Assembly (NCBI GenBank): GCA_023213395.1
Contig: CM041465.1
Span: forward strand, 94,681,741-94,745,740
Length of the DNA stretch: 64,000 nucleotides
Direction: 5' to 3'
Source of the DNA: Cycas panzhihuaensis
Taxonomy: Eukaryota > Plantae > Cycadophyta
Shown here: piece after piece, positions 26,733-40,271 of the stretch
Layout of the letters: every line of letters starts with the position of its first letter
Numbering within the stretch: position 1 is the stretch's first letter
Position numbers and translations under genes: made by a program
The notes under the pieces: generated by a model
Told to the model about the DNA's origin: nothing
Database searches by the model: none
What the model saw: the letters and a program-made list of their open reading frames with translations, nothing else

Positions 26733-27296
26733 TCCATTCTACATCCAAGTAGAATAGGCATCTTCTATTCGCTCCAAAATGAGCCTAAATTACCTTCTAC
26801 ATGCTTTGCCTTACCTCCACATTGGGGGGCACAACATGTGTTTAGATCTTGGGTCACTTCGTATGTTGATGTGGAAGCCATGCCCTTTTTGAAGGAGTAG
26901 CCTACTATTCCCTTCAATAATAAAGCACCCCCTTGTTATGTTTATATGCTAGTAATTACTCATTTATATTAGTTTGATGCCACACATGTGGTTAGGTTTC
27001 CAACCAAGAATGTCACTTAGTCTTATTTATGGACATGGGCCGCTACTTGGAGAACCCGTTAGGGGTCATCCTTATCCCCCTTTTTGTTGTTCCTTGGGGT
27101 ATTTGTACCTGTTATATTGATTTCTTATTAGGGTCCCTGTGTCCTATCTAAGGGACATACACAATCCCCTCTCCCTCATCTCATGAGAGGTCACTTACCA
27201 CATAGGATGATTATATGTGCCTAGTGTGAGTGCATGCTTCATAAAAGAAAGCATCCCATAATATAAAAAATATAAATCAATCTATATTATGATCTC

Positions 27297-27336
27297 TACA
27301 CACACACACATACACACACACACATATATATATATC
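27297..27336. repeat. (CA)n(TA)n microsatellite
   Basis: tacacacacacacatacacacacacacatatatatatat. Confidence 0.9.
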
Positions 27337-27561
27337 CATAATTAAAACAAATGTAATATGCCAAAATGGGTTACTAATGTGGCCCTTATACACACACACA
27401 TAAAGTGAATAATGATACAAAGTGGTAGCACCATGTGCCTAAGGAAGTTGGAATCCTTGTAGGGGTTGGGTACAATTATGCATAATGAGAACCCCTTGGA
27501 GGTCCAAAGCTTTCCTATCTCTAAACCTATAGTATAATGGTCATGTGAGGCTACTACATAC

Positions 27562-29792
27562 TTATGGTGCTTCCTCCCCTGGCCTGCTTGATCCCTCACC
27601 TAGAGACCATATCCTTCCTAGGCTCCTCCTCCTCCTCTATGAGGTCTTGACCTCACTCTCCTTGTCTCTCACTTTCCTTTGGGTTAATGTCATTATGTGA
27701 GTCTTGTGGTGCGAGGACTGAGTGACCATCTCATCAACTAGTCAATCGTACCTCTCCTGGACCCTGTCCCTCTCACCCTATAGTAGGTCCCTCTCCCTCT
27801 CCACTCCTTGGAGCCTCTCCTTAAGTATGGTGACCTTTATGTTGCCTCCTGCATATGTGCCTACTCCTCCTTAAGCCTTTAGGGCTACACTCATGCCTAC
27901 AACTGGTCTCTCTCAATACGTAGTTGACCTCCCTTGCCTCGTAGCTCCTGGGCCTCTACAACCTATGTATCTCGTACCTTAATAGTGAAGTGAAAGTTGC
28001 CATGTACCTCCCTACTACTGTAGGCTCATCTCCTACTATGATAGGAGGCTTCCCCTCCTTATATATCCATGGGAAGAGCTCAGCCACCACCTACCTAACT
28101 AGCTATCCCATGTCATCTCCACTTGCCATCCATATATACTAGGGTATCAGTAGGAGCATATCCAACTATCAATCAAAAATAAAATCATATCAAATAAATC
28201 AAATGATCAAAATCAAGAGATAGAGCTAGAGTAAGAGAGGATATCTCACCTCTTGGGATATCTAGTATATCCTTAACTTCCACACCTATAGTTGTAGCTA
28301 TGATCTTATCCTCTCCTAGCTCCTCCTCTTCCCCTAGAGCACCTGATGTATCACCTCTCTCTACCTCCTATGCTCTTAGTACCTCTCCTCCACCTATGGA
28401 TACTACTGCCTCTACTACTACCGTGATCGCTACCATTGCCTCTAGATCTCTACTAGTAACTCCCTCACCTGCCTCCTTGTCCCCTGACTCTTCCTCAGGA
28501 GTGTCAGTTGCCTTGCCTCCCTCCTCATCACTTCTCTAGTGGATGGTACGATATGTATCACGAATGTAGTTACCTATTATGAGGAGGTCCAAGGATATAC
28601 CTGCTACTGACCACCTAACCTATGTTGACTCCCCTGCGCTCCTAAATCTAGTCTACCATCTGCACACCATCGACGCATGAGCTGATATAGTTTAAGTGCC
28701 TACCGTTGGAGCCACTCCATGGAAATTATTGAAGAACTAGTATTAAAGGAGTGTATAGAATAAAAATCCCCCTTGTTTGACTCTCTAGATCTGATCTAAC
28801 TAGGCAGTGAGATTGGCCACTATCAAAGTAGCCCAGTCAAAGTGCTCCCCTTGCTCACACCTCTTAACTATCACTATCTAGCCTCCTGGGATGTCTCTAT
28901 AGTTTTATTTCTAGGAGATCTAGAACAAAGTGGCAAAACCTGACCACTCTAGCAAATCTACAAACCTGAACATGGCTCTCCTTATATTCTCATAGTTGTT
29001 AACTATAATAACAAGCTATAAAAAGTAATAAAAACTCATAATCATTAGTTAGACTCTACTTTTCTAGCTAAGAGCTCTCTTAGATCATTATCAATAGAAA
29101 AAACTACCTAGAAATTAACAAAACTTTTAAGGTTTTCCTTTTTTCTAGTTATTACCCTTGGCATAGCTAAATATATTCACGGTGCCACAAATATCTTAGT
29201 GGCCCCTATGAGCAAGCCTCCACGCCACGAGGAAGTTCACAATACCATAAACAAATTTGTGGTCCCACAACCTTCCCCTCCACACATCAAAAAAGTAAAA
29301 AATAATTTAAAAAAATAATCTTTTATGGATGTTGACTAGTCCACTAGGACTAGGGCTCTCTAATGCTCTCATCTAGCCCCTTCTAGATCCTAAAATGGGT
29401 CCCAGAAGGCCCAATTTGCCTATTAAAGGCCCAAAATTGCAACAAAAGTACTAATGACAAAAACCAAAATTGAAAGGCTTGGGTCTAGATTGGCATACTA
29501 GATCTACCCTAGCTATCATCATCTCTTACTCTTAGACTCAATGCCTCTCTCTATACATTGATCTGATGGTTGGACCTCCTCCACTAAGCATGTGATGGGA
29601 TGATAGAGTCAAGTGATAGAGGTGTAGATCTCCTAGATTGCACGAGGTTGTATAAAAATAAATTCATTTTTACCACTCACCGTCCTTTTATTTTATAGCA
29701 CCCCTCGAGGTATTATGCCCTTTCTCTAGTGCAAAAACATTGCCAGCGTCATCTCCCCTAGATGATCTTGGTTCCCTTCAAGTCCTAGGCAT
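27562..29792 (-). pseudogene. Antisense, probably spliced accessory ORF of C (unknown function)
   Basis: Putative exons ~29500-29792, 28250-~29002 and 27562-28165. Contains GEHFDWATLIVANLTA*LDQI*RVKQGGFLFYTLL, an acidic stretch and a coiled-coil-like LKERLQGVERERDLL*GERDRVQERYD. An AT-rich 84-nt GT..AG segment lies at 28166-28249. Confidence 0.6.
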
Positions 29793-30246
29793 AGTTTTGC
29801 TCCTAAATATACCTTTTCTCTATTATTTTATGCATTTATGGTGCTCTTTTTTGGATCCTATGTGAACCCTTTTCTCCCTCTTTCCTAGATACCTAAAATA
29901 GCACTAGTGTTTATACTCTACCAGCTTGTTTTGATGTACTAGATCTATTTTTATGATCACTTTAGCTTGTTGGGAATCTTAGCAAGAGTTTTCCCTTTGG
30001 TCGAGCCTCCTCATTGGCCCCGTACCAATGTTGTGACCTTGTAGTTGGTTTAATTTCCTGACAACTCTTCTTCTTCTATGAGGTGAGCCCTCTGTTAGCC
30101 TAGTAGCTTACTAGTAGGGCTCTCTTATCCTCTTATGGTCACCTTTTAAGTTGTCATAAGTAGTTGAACCTTGCATCTCCATCTTTCTCTTACTATACGC
30201 ACTCCTTGTCTACTCATTCTATGAGTCTTATCACTTTTCTTGTGCC

Positions 30247-30680
30247 ATGGCTCTTCTCATTTACACCAATGGTGGTATCAGTGGTAACCTGAGACCTTCT
30301 GCAACTACTTGGATCATCTGTGATCCTTTCGGGTATGATCTCATGTGTTGTAGGATATACCTACTTGAGGCCATGAATAATGAAGTAGAGTACACCACTA
30401 TTATAGAGGCCCTCATTGATGCACTTTGTTTCTACCATGTCCCTATCGTTTTGTTTTATGACTCTTAAATCATGGTATCATAGTTGACTTAGGTCTATCT
30501 AGTCCTTCGTCCCCAATTAAGGTCCCTCATATGGGCCACCAAGTCCCTTTGTCTTCATTTTCTATGGAAAATATCTAGCATATTCCTCGTGATAAAAATA
30601 TCAAAGATGATAGCATAGTTCACCTCATTCTTAAACATCATCTTCCTCTGCTAAACGATCCTTCTCAGGCAACCTACTAG
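30247..30680 (+). pseudogene. Free-standing additional RNase H (aRH, RNase HI/RVT_3-like) of C
   Basis: MALLIYTNGGISGNLRPS...WIICDP...AMNNEVEYTTIIEAL...LFYDS*IMVS*L...HIPRDKNIKDD matches the DGASRGNPG / TNNxAEY / DSQL / HIPRxxNxxAD motif series. Confidence 0.85.
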
Positions 30681-31295
30681 ATTGGCTCCTTGTATAAACT
30701 TTTGGGTTACTACCCATTCTTCATTGTGACTACTCTCACACCTTTGAAAATAGGCCACTGATCAGGCTAAACTATGGTGACTGCAGGTCTATTTCTTTAC
30801 TTGATATTTGTATTATCTATTTTATAACTTTTATATTATTTTTTTATTATATCTACAACCTTCTAGATCATACTCATATTATGCTTAGATTACATTGGTA
30901 TGATGTTTATTTTATATTCCAGGGTGTTGGGCATCCCACATCCCCTTCTTTCTTCTACTACCCTTTTGTTTCTATAAGGATTCTAGTCCCATGTTGTTCT
31001 TTAGGGTCATGCAACCCACCTATGCGTCACCATAGGCAACCCCCAGATCACCTTCCCATCATCCTACGTATGTCCTTGGGTCTAGGGCTTTGCACCCCAA
31101 TAATGGACCAAGCTATGCCTCTTCCTCCTTGCCTAATCATATGTCTCCTATCCACATGATCTATCATGGAATTTGCCACACACATTAGTTACTGACACAC
31201 GGGCTTTATGCATCATTACTAACGAGATTGTATTGATAGCATTCACCATCATTTGATGACTCTAAGCAACGAGGTTCTATTACCAATGTAGGTAG

Positions 31296-34224
31296 TGTTT
31301 CCTAGCTACTAAGAATGGATTATAGCACTATCACGTAGGTATGGTTAGGTATATATTCTTTCTCTTACACTGTTACATTCTTATAGTTATTTTGGCATAT
31401 GATGTTTATATGGTTGCTTGAGTGCATGATTGGTTTGCTTCACCATCTTGCTTATGCATGACATCTATCTATGATGACTAAGACTCTGGTCCAATGGCAT
31501 AATATCTCCTAGGTGATCTCCCTCCTAGACATAAGTACTCTTGGGCCTCCATAGCCTAACTTATATACAATGTGATCTACTTCATTATGCCTACCTCTTT
31601 CCTCTCTGCCTTAACTATCCCTCAATCTGTCTAGGGTAGTTTATTGAGAATGTTAGTTGGTAGGAGTCCCCCATTGCTTACTATTTATCCTTATACCTTA
31701 CTAGGATCTTCTGTCTAGCACCCTTTTATATTCTGGCATCTTGATTATCATGTTTTCCTTGAGGTTTTGACCCTATTGGGTGACTTTGTCCCATGCTTTC
31801 ATATATTACTAGTTTATAAAATGGTCCTAGGTTAGTATATAGACCTCTAGGGAGGAGTTCCAAACCCTTGGTAGGGCTTACTCCCCCCTCTTACTCTATT
31901 TTATTGTTTATATTCATTTTTCTTTTTTAATTTCTACTATCACCCTGCTACCATTTCTATCAACCCTACGTTAATTATTATACACCACTAATATATTAGC
32001 GATGCTACAAATAAGTTTGCAATGCGACTATTATGTGGTTTATTGTGACTAGAAATGGCTAATTTTGGTCTTTGTGCCTAGATGACACACTACCTTACCT
32101 CATAACTCACCCAGGTTGAGCTCTAACGGCCTTGAGGCCTCCCCAAAGAAACAAAAACCTTAAAATTCAAATTCATTCTCATCAATCAATGAAGAATCAT
32201 TAACTTTTGGATCTAAACAAGCTCTCTTCTTTTATTCTTCCTTCTCAAACCCTCCTCCACTCCTCCTACACACAGGAATTGTAGGTTTTTCTTCCACAAG
32301 CAAGGAGAAGATAACAAAAGAGCAAGCTAATTCAAGCAAGGAGAGCCTTCCCATTAAGGAAATGACAAAGGATATTCTTCTTCTCTTCATAAAATAGGGG
32401 TTTCATCTCCTCTAACATCATCCTTCAATTTAAAACATCATCCTTGCATGGTAAATATATTTTCCCTAATTTTTCCTTGTAAGAATCTTATTTTTGTGGT
32501 TTACTTTTTGCTATTTTTAGCCATATGACCCTAGATCTATGTTTGAAATAGTTTTATATGGATTTTAGGCCATATTTTGCTTAGCATAAGGAGGCAATAC
32601 TTCCTTTTCACCATCTTTCTCATCCTCTCATATAAAATCCTCTAGATTTTGAATGCAAGGGAGCCAAACCAAGCCAAATGAGCTTGTGAAGAGTCCTATA
32701 GGTTGGAGTTTCGACTCCTAAAGTTGCCTCTCACTTGGACAATCCCCCTCCTAATGCTTTGAGGCTCATCTCCTTACACTCCACCACTAGCTTTAAGGTT
32801 TTGGTTTGTTGTGAGGCCTATACATATGCATATCTACTTTCTATTTACTTCCAAACCCTAACCAAGTGAGCTACCCGTAGCTTGTAGGAAGCCATTACTG
32901 CTTAGAGGATCTTGTTGTCCTGAGGCAACACTCATTTTCTTTCCTCTTTGCATCTTGTGATTATTGTACACACACACTAAAATCATTGAATAAGAAACAC
33001 TCAATCTTGTATTTATTCCACCTTTGGTTCACACATCTATATACTAATATTGTAAATCAAGAACATACATATACACATATATCTTACTTCTAGGAGGACT
33101 TGCTCACTCTTTTGTGTAATAGGTTGGAGGTTGTTTTGTGAATCAAGCAACAAATCACAAAAAGGGTAATATTTCACTTGTTTCTAGTTTTTTTTTTTTG
33201 CTTCATTTCCATTTTCATTATTGTGTCATTTATTGTTTACGGATGGTAAGTAAGCCCTACTTGGAGGATAGGGGAAGGTAAGGAAGCCCCTCCCTCTAAC
33301 TCCAATGACTTTCATGGTAACCAATGGAAATGGAAGTGGTAGTAACTTATGGGAATACATCGTAAAGAGTAGTAATGAAGGAGCACAACAACATATAGCA
33401 CTAATGCCATGACCAGGTGCACACTTTCCTACATATCCTTCTCCTCCTCTCTTTCTCCTCTCTATCCCATTTTTTCTATTATAAAAAAAAGAAAAAGAAA
33501 AGAAAAGATTTAAAAGTTTCTCTTTGAAAAACTTTTTTCCTTTCATTGTATGTTGTAAAGGGGAGGGAAATAAAGAGATCATATCATTTTGCATTTATTT
33601 TTAGGGAATGTTTATCTCTTATAGAGCCTAATCCTCCTCTTATTAAAAGAGGAGGTATACCCACGTAAGATAACTCCTTATATGCAACATTACATTTTCC
33701 TCTTCCACACTCATAGCCTGTATTGTATCCATCTAGAGGAGAAACAAAGTGAGGGGATAAATAGGGAAAATGTTGCATTGTTGTTGCATGTGCTTGCTTT
33801 GAATTTCTTTGTGTGTTTCTTTTCTTTGGTAGCAGCCATCTTTATTTGAAATTAAAATGCCACCATAAACTCACACAAATAAGACTAAACCACACCTTAC
33901 CGTATAGGAAACATCAATTCCAAAGATCTTTCTGTTCTTCTTAAAAACCTAAGAAGACTTTATAACCTAGTTGCCACGATATATTCATGGATTCTCTTTA
34001 CCTCTTTTATTGCACTTGCACCATCTTGCTCTTCTTATCTTCCAAGAAGAGATTGCAACTCTAGTTGCCCCTCATATGGTGGAAACATTCTCTCCCTCTT
34101 GTAGACTTAGCACTCAAGACCCTACCCTCTTCTTAATATACTTCTCAACTTTGAGTAGGCTTACCAAAGCCACTTCTCACATAGTGAATGCCCCACCCAT
34201 TCCGCCACCCTCTCTCACTTGTCT
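31296..34224 (+). repeat. 3' LTR of C, left part
   Basis: Direct repeat of 16583-~19450; interrupted by D. Confidence 0.9.
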
Positions 34225-34605
34225 TGGTAGGATAACACTCCTTAATGATAATTGCACAACAATATAATAAGCAAATAACTCCAAAAGAGCACTTGTATTA
34301 CAATACCCTTCGAGGGGGCAACCTCCTAATTACATGCAAATAACAATGATATTCAAGATACCATACTCTAAAGATTACATAAATATATATATGTCTTTAT
34401 GCTTACTACTCAACCGCCTCCTTATGCATGTGGGATATTATATGAATATATATAGTACTTAATGACCACTACACAACCTTCTACTTATACATGTGGGATA
34501 TTAAGAAAAGGGAAGAAGTAAAAGAAATAAAGATATAAGAGAGAGAAGAAGTACAAGATATAAGAGAATATAAGAGAAGGTAGGTTAGGGGTTAGATCCC
34601 TAACA
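34225..34605 (-). repeat. 3' LTR of D
   Basis: About 16 substitutions versus 39891-40271 by manual count; no indels. Confidence 0.95.
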
Positions 34606-34633
34606 AAGTCCCCCCCTTAAAAAAGCTTTACCC

Positions 34634-37600
34634 TCAAAGCTTGGTGATCTCAGGGTGCTCTAGGATAAATTGTTCATTCTCCCAGGTTGCATCTTCTCGT
34701 GGAAGTTGTTTCCATTTGATGAGATACTCAATGATTTGTCTAGATCATAGATGTCGAATTCTTCGGTCAATGATACATTCTGGAATGAGTTGAAGTTACC
34801 CCTCCTCATTTAATATAGGTAATTCTATTTGAACTTGTACTTGTTGCCCAATTACCTTCTTGAGACATGAAACATGAAAGACATTATGGATCCTTGATAG
34901 TGGTGGTAAGTCCAAGGCATATGCAACTTCACCAATCTTCTTGAGAATTTTGTAAGGCCTATAAAATTGAGGTTGTAACTTATGTTACCCATTCCGTTTG
35001 AGAGATTCCTACTTATACGGTTACAACCATAAGTATACCCAATCACCTGGTTGAAATTCTCATTCACTTCACCCTTTATCTACCCATTGTTTCATCCCAT
35101 TTTGTGCAAGGTTCAAATTTTCCTTGAGTAGCTTAAGAATTTGTGTTGTTTGTTGGATGTAGTCTTCGACTGCTTGAACCTTAGAACTGATTATGGCATA
35201 GTTTTTAAGTGTGGGTGGTTCATAGCCATGTAATGCTTAGAACAGGGTCATTCCTGCTGATCCATGATAGATTGTATTATACCACCATTCTGCTAAAGGA
35301 AGCTAATGATGCCATCGCTTCGCTTATCTGAAGCATAACACTGAAGGTATCCTTCAAGGTACTTATTAACCACCTTGGTTTGTCCATCTGTTTGTGGATG
35401 GTAGGCTGAGCTCATTGTCAGTTTAGTACCAAGTAGATGGAAGAGTTCTGTCCAAAAGTTGCTAGTAAACTTGGGATCCCGATCACTAACTATATATTTG
35501 GGCATGCCATGCAACTTATGTATATCCTTTAAAAAGACCTCAGCAATCTGCTTTGCCTTATATGTGGCCTGAATTCCACAAAAATGAGCATATTAAGTTA
35601 GCCTATCAACAACCACCAGTATAGCATCTTTTCCTTCTGACTTAAGCAGACCCACGATGAAGTCCATAGAAATTTCTTCCCATCATTGATTTGGTATGGG
35701 AAGGGGTTGCAATAATCCTGGAGACTTGACTATTTATGTCTTATGTTGTTGACAAATTTCACATGAGGAAACATATCTCTTTACATATCCTTTTTGTCCC
35801 TTCCAAAAGAAAGACTATTTTAAGTGGTGGTATGTTCGTAGGAACCCTGAGTGACCTGCTATTGGAGAGGCATGTGCATCATGTAAAATTTGCTCCTTAA
35901 GGCTAGAGTGAGGGCATATATATATTTGATTCTTATACTAGAGAATATTTGAAGACCATGTATAATGGGTTGAATGCCCTACTCCAGCTTGAAGGTCTTG
36001 AATGATCTACCTTATAAAGGAGTACTCATCCCATTCTTGCTTGGTGACTACTATTCAAGAGGGATTGACTGTCGTGATTGAATATAGTATAGAGTCTTCT
36101 TCCTTACGAGATAAGACATTAGTAGCTATATTATCCTTGCCTTTTTTATATATTATTTCAAAGTCAAAAGCTTGCATTTTGGTGACCCATTTTTGTTGTT
36201 CCTCAGATGCTATCCTTTGAGATAGAAAATATTTTAAGCTATCATGGTCTATTTTAATTTGGAAATGTGTTCCCAATAAATATTGTTGCCATTTCCTAAC
36301 TGCATGAAGAATTGCTAACATCTCCTTCTCACAGGTGGACTTGACTTGTTCTTTGAGTGTAAGTCAACGACTTTCAAAGGCCAAAGGCTTTCCTTCTTAC
36401 ATTAAAACTGCTCCAATGCCTTGCCCTAATGCATCACATTCAATGGTGAAGGTCTTTGAAAAGTCTGGTGTTGCAAGGACTGGTGTGGTAGTTAAAGCCA
36501 GCTTTAGGTGTTCAAATGCTTTAGAGGCCTTATCATTCCAATGAAAAGAATCCTTTTTTAACAAATTGATTAAAGGGGAAGCAATCCTTGCATAGCCTTG
36601 AATAAACTTTCGATAATATCCTGTGATTCCTAAGAATCCACTAAGGCCCTTGATGTTTTTAGGTTTAGGCTAGTTTGTGATAACTGCTATTTTCTTATGA
36701 TTCACCTTGACTCCTTCTTGAGAGATGATATGGCCCAAATATTCTATTTCCGTTTGCCCAAATTGACATTTTAATTTTTTTGCATAAAGTTGGTTGTCTA
36801 CAAGCACTTGTAATGCCTTATCAACATGCTGAAGATGGTCTTCCCACGTACGACTGAAGATCAAAATGTCATAAAAAAAGACTAACATGAACTTCCTTAA
36901 GTAAGGCCAACAGAGATTATTCATGAGTCCTTGAAAGGTGGATGGAGCATTAGTCAAACCAAATGGCATGACTAAAAATTTATAGTGACCTTCATGTGTA
37001 CGAAATGCAGTTTTATGAACATCCTCTGCTTTGATCCTAATTTGATGGTATCCTGACCATAAGTCCAATGATGTGAAGAACATTGCTCCATGGAGTTCAT
37101 CTGAGAGTTCATCAATGATTGGTATAGGAAATTTATCCTTGATGGTTATCTTATTGAGCTCATAGTAGTCTACACACATGTGAAATGAGCCATCCTTTTT
37201 TCTTACTAAAATCACTAGGGCAGAAAAAATGCTTTTACTTTTCCTAATAATACCAGCATTAAGGAGTTCTTGAACTAGTCATTCAATTTCATTCTTTTTC
37301 TGGTAGGGATACCAGTATGGTCGAATATAAGGAGGATTACTTCCAACTACCAGGTCAATGCTATGATCTTGGTCATGTACTGGGGGAAGACCTTGAGGAA
37401 TATCCTGAAAGACTTAGTTATGGTAGTGAAGTACTAATTTTAAGTCATTTGGTATACCATCATCTTGGAGAATGTCCCCTTCTGTTGGAAGTTCTTGACC
37501 TTCTAGAGTATAACATTTGGCAATGATTCCTGTACCACCATTTTTAATAAGCCTCTCCATACGGTGTGAGCTGATGATTTGGGTCGGTGGAGGAATGATC

Positions 37601-38997
37601 CCATTCAATTAATAGTCAATTCCTTCAGAAGTAAATCGGATGAAGAGCTCTTGCATATTTAGTTGAATGGTCCCTAGTGGTTTGAGCCATTGTACCCCTA
37701 ATACAACATCAACTCCTCCATCAGGAATGGCATACATAGAAGTGGAGAGGTGATAATCACCCATTTACAACTTGATATTGTGATATTTTCCCCCACAAGC
37801 GAGTGTCCCTCCATTAGCCACCATAACCTAAAAATTTTTGATAGGATATGGAAAATAGTTGAGTTCTTCATCAAGTTTCCGATTAATGAAATTATGGGTG
37901 TTCCCAGAATCTATGAGGACAACCACCTTGCTTTTCTTAATGTACCCAATAAGTTTGAGTGTCTGAGGGGCTAAAATTCTAGCTAGGGCATGCACAAATA
38001 TAGTAGTAGTATCTTCTTCTTCCTCCTTAGGTGGGTCATAATCATTATTTTCTGGCTCTAATGAGGCTTCTTCTACTAGTTCCTCATCTTGAACATCCTC
38101 AATTATAAATAAGCATCGTTCAGAACACTTATGGTCTTTATTCCACTTTTGGTTACAACGAAAACATAACCCTTTTAATCGTTTCTCATCCATCTGTTGG
38201 GAAGTCATTCGTCGTATACCAGGAACCTGAAATTGTGGTCGCTTTTCTGGAAATGTTCATTGGGGGGGTCGGGATGCCTTATTTTTTGCTTTAATATGTC
38301 GAGCAAAATTAATAGCTGTAGAGATGTTATCAGGTTTTAAGAGTCACAACTCATGTCTGATGTCATCTCATAACCCACCAATGTATAACTCAAGTAATTT
38401 ATCCTGACAAAGACCATCAACTCTTGTGGAGAGACATTGGTATTCTGTTGTATAAGTTGAAATAGTCACCTCCTGTCTAACTTTAGCTAACTGATTAAAG
38501 TGGTCCTGATCCCAGGTGATGTCATATTGAGTTATAAGATCCTTGACAAAACCCTCCCATTGATAACTAAGCCCACCAATTATTTTTATGACCCATTGGT
38601 ACCATTGGTATGGTTTAGTTTCCATGTGTAGAGAAGCAAGAGGGATCTTCTTATCTGCTAGAACTTGATGAAGAGAAAAGTATTATTCTATTTGGGGGAT
38701 CCAGGTACGTACATCTATGCCATTGAACTTCTTGATTTCTACCTTAGGAAGGAAGTTTGGACGAAAGCACCTACCATCATTACCTTCATCTTCTTTAGTG
38801 AAGTGACCCCCACCTATGTGAGTAATATCATCAAGGTCACTCTTTTCTTCCTTAAGAGGTTTCATGGATGTGACCTCTAGCATTACTACTTCAAATTTTT
38901 CATTGAAGTCATTTTGGATTTGTAATATATCTTCTCAAAGTTGTGAAATAACATCATTGAGATCTTGAGTCCAACTTGGGTTTATCTTAGGGGCCAT
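34634..38997 (-). pseudogene. gag-pol of D with C-terminal chromodomain
   Basis: ORFs 38683-38883 and 38368-38625 (gag), 37828-38208 (zinc knuckle, LIDSGNTHNF), 36670-37215 (RT), 36055-36321 (RH), 35293-35514 (INT); chromodomain IEYLIKWKQLPREDATWENE. Confidence 0.95.
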
Positions 38998-39876
38998 TAG
39001 TCCACAAGACCTAAGTTGGAATCTTGGTTGGTAAATGTAACTGAAAAGGATTTGACAGGGTGTCTATAGACTATTATCCCTAATATTTTACAATGAGGCA
39101 ATATGGATTTTTTTTTTGCTTTTTTTGCTTTTTATTTTTTGCTTTTTTTGGGCATTGGTTGGTTGACAGACTATATGTGCATGAACTGATGACAAACTAG
39201 ATAGAGACACTCGATTTAATAAATATATGATGACTGACTCACTGACCGACTAAGTGCGCACAACCCACTATTATACTGACCAGGTACACTAGGTATGGAC
39301 TTGTATAGTTTGTAGGCCCTCTGATATACTTATCCCAGACATAAATAGTATCAACTTATGGAGGTAAATGCTCTAATTTGTAGTTGTACTACCCCATCTC
39401 TAGGGTACGTGGAGAGTAACTTCCTGGGGCTAACCACTTACCAGTGCACTACAAATTGCAGATGGTCAATAGGTTTCCTATGGTTACCTATACTAGGAAG
39501 GCCTATCTAGGGGATCCTCCTATATACCCATAGGTACGTGGAGGCACAATTTCGTAGCTGAGTTTTATATAAGGCTTGATTCAGGAGTGTGATCTCCAGT
39601 CCTTCATGCAAGGGACGGAAAAGCCACAATGTGCTTAGCCCAAAACGACAGATCCTTGTGATATTTATAGACCCCCGGCATAGGGTCTCTATCTAAATGC
39701 AAAAGAGAACTGCCCAGTGGCAGTGTTAGGATAGCTGCCCAATTGTAGTATTATCTACCCCCAAAAAGTAAAGTAACTAAATGGAAATCAAATGAGAATA
39801 GGTACTAATGAGAAAAAAATGATGGAAAAAATTGATTATTTAGTACCTTGACTCTCCCACAAGGAATGGATCGATC

Positions 39877-39888
39877 GCTCTGATACCA
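39877..39888 (-). promoter_or_regulatory. PBS (tRNA-iMet) of D
   Basis: Reverse complement is tggtatcagagc, 2 nt from the LTR. Confidence 0.95.
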
Positions 39889-39890
39889 CT

Positions 39891-40271
39891 TGGTAGGATA
39901 CCACTCCTTAATGATAATTGCACACCAATATAATAAGCAAATAACTCCAAAGGAGCACTTGTATTGCAATACCCTTCGAGGGGGCAACCTCCCAATTACA
40001 TGCAAATAATAATGATATTCAAGATACCATACTCTAAAGATTACACAAATATATATATGTCTCTATGCTTACTACTCAACCATCTCCTTATGCATGTGGG
40101 ATATTACATGAATATATATAGTACTCAATGACCACTACACAACCTTCTACTTATGCATGTGGGATATTAAGAAAAGGGAAGAAGTAGAAGAAATAAAGAT
40201 ATAAGAGAGAGAAGAAGTACAAGATATAAGAGAATATAAGAGAAGGTAAGTTAGGGGTTGGATCCCTAACA
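39891..40271 (-). repeat. 5' LTR of D
   Basis: Partner of 34225-34605; adjacent to the PBS. Confidence 0.95.

Larger units (their letters stand above)
34225..40271 (-). mobile_element. Full-length Ty3/gypsy chromovirus D (Reina-like)
   Basis: 381-bp LTRs; perfect TSD tgtct (34220-34224, 40272-40276); PBS gctctgatacca 39877-39888; PPT 34606-34618. Confidence 0.96.

Noticed and set aside
28300-28539. Ser/Pro/Thr-rich ORF on +
   Set aside because: It is the shadow of the Glu/Gly-rich minus-strand accessory ORF.
33226-33594. 122-aa ORF in the LTR of C
   Set aside because: No recognisable domain, low-complexity sequence, and no equivalent ORF is listed in the 5' LTR copy.
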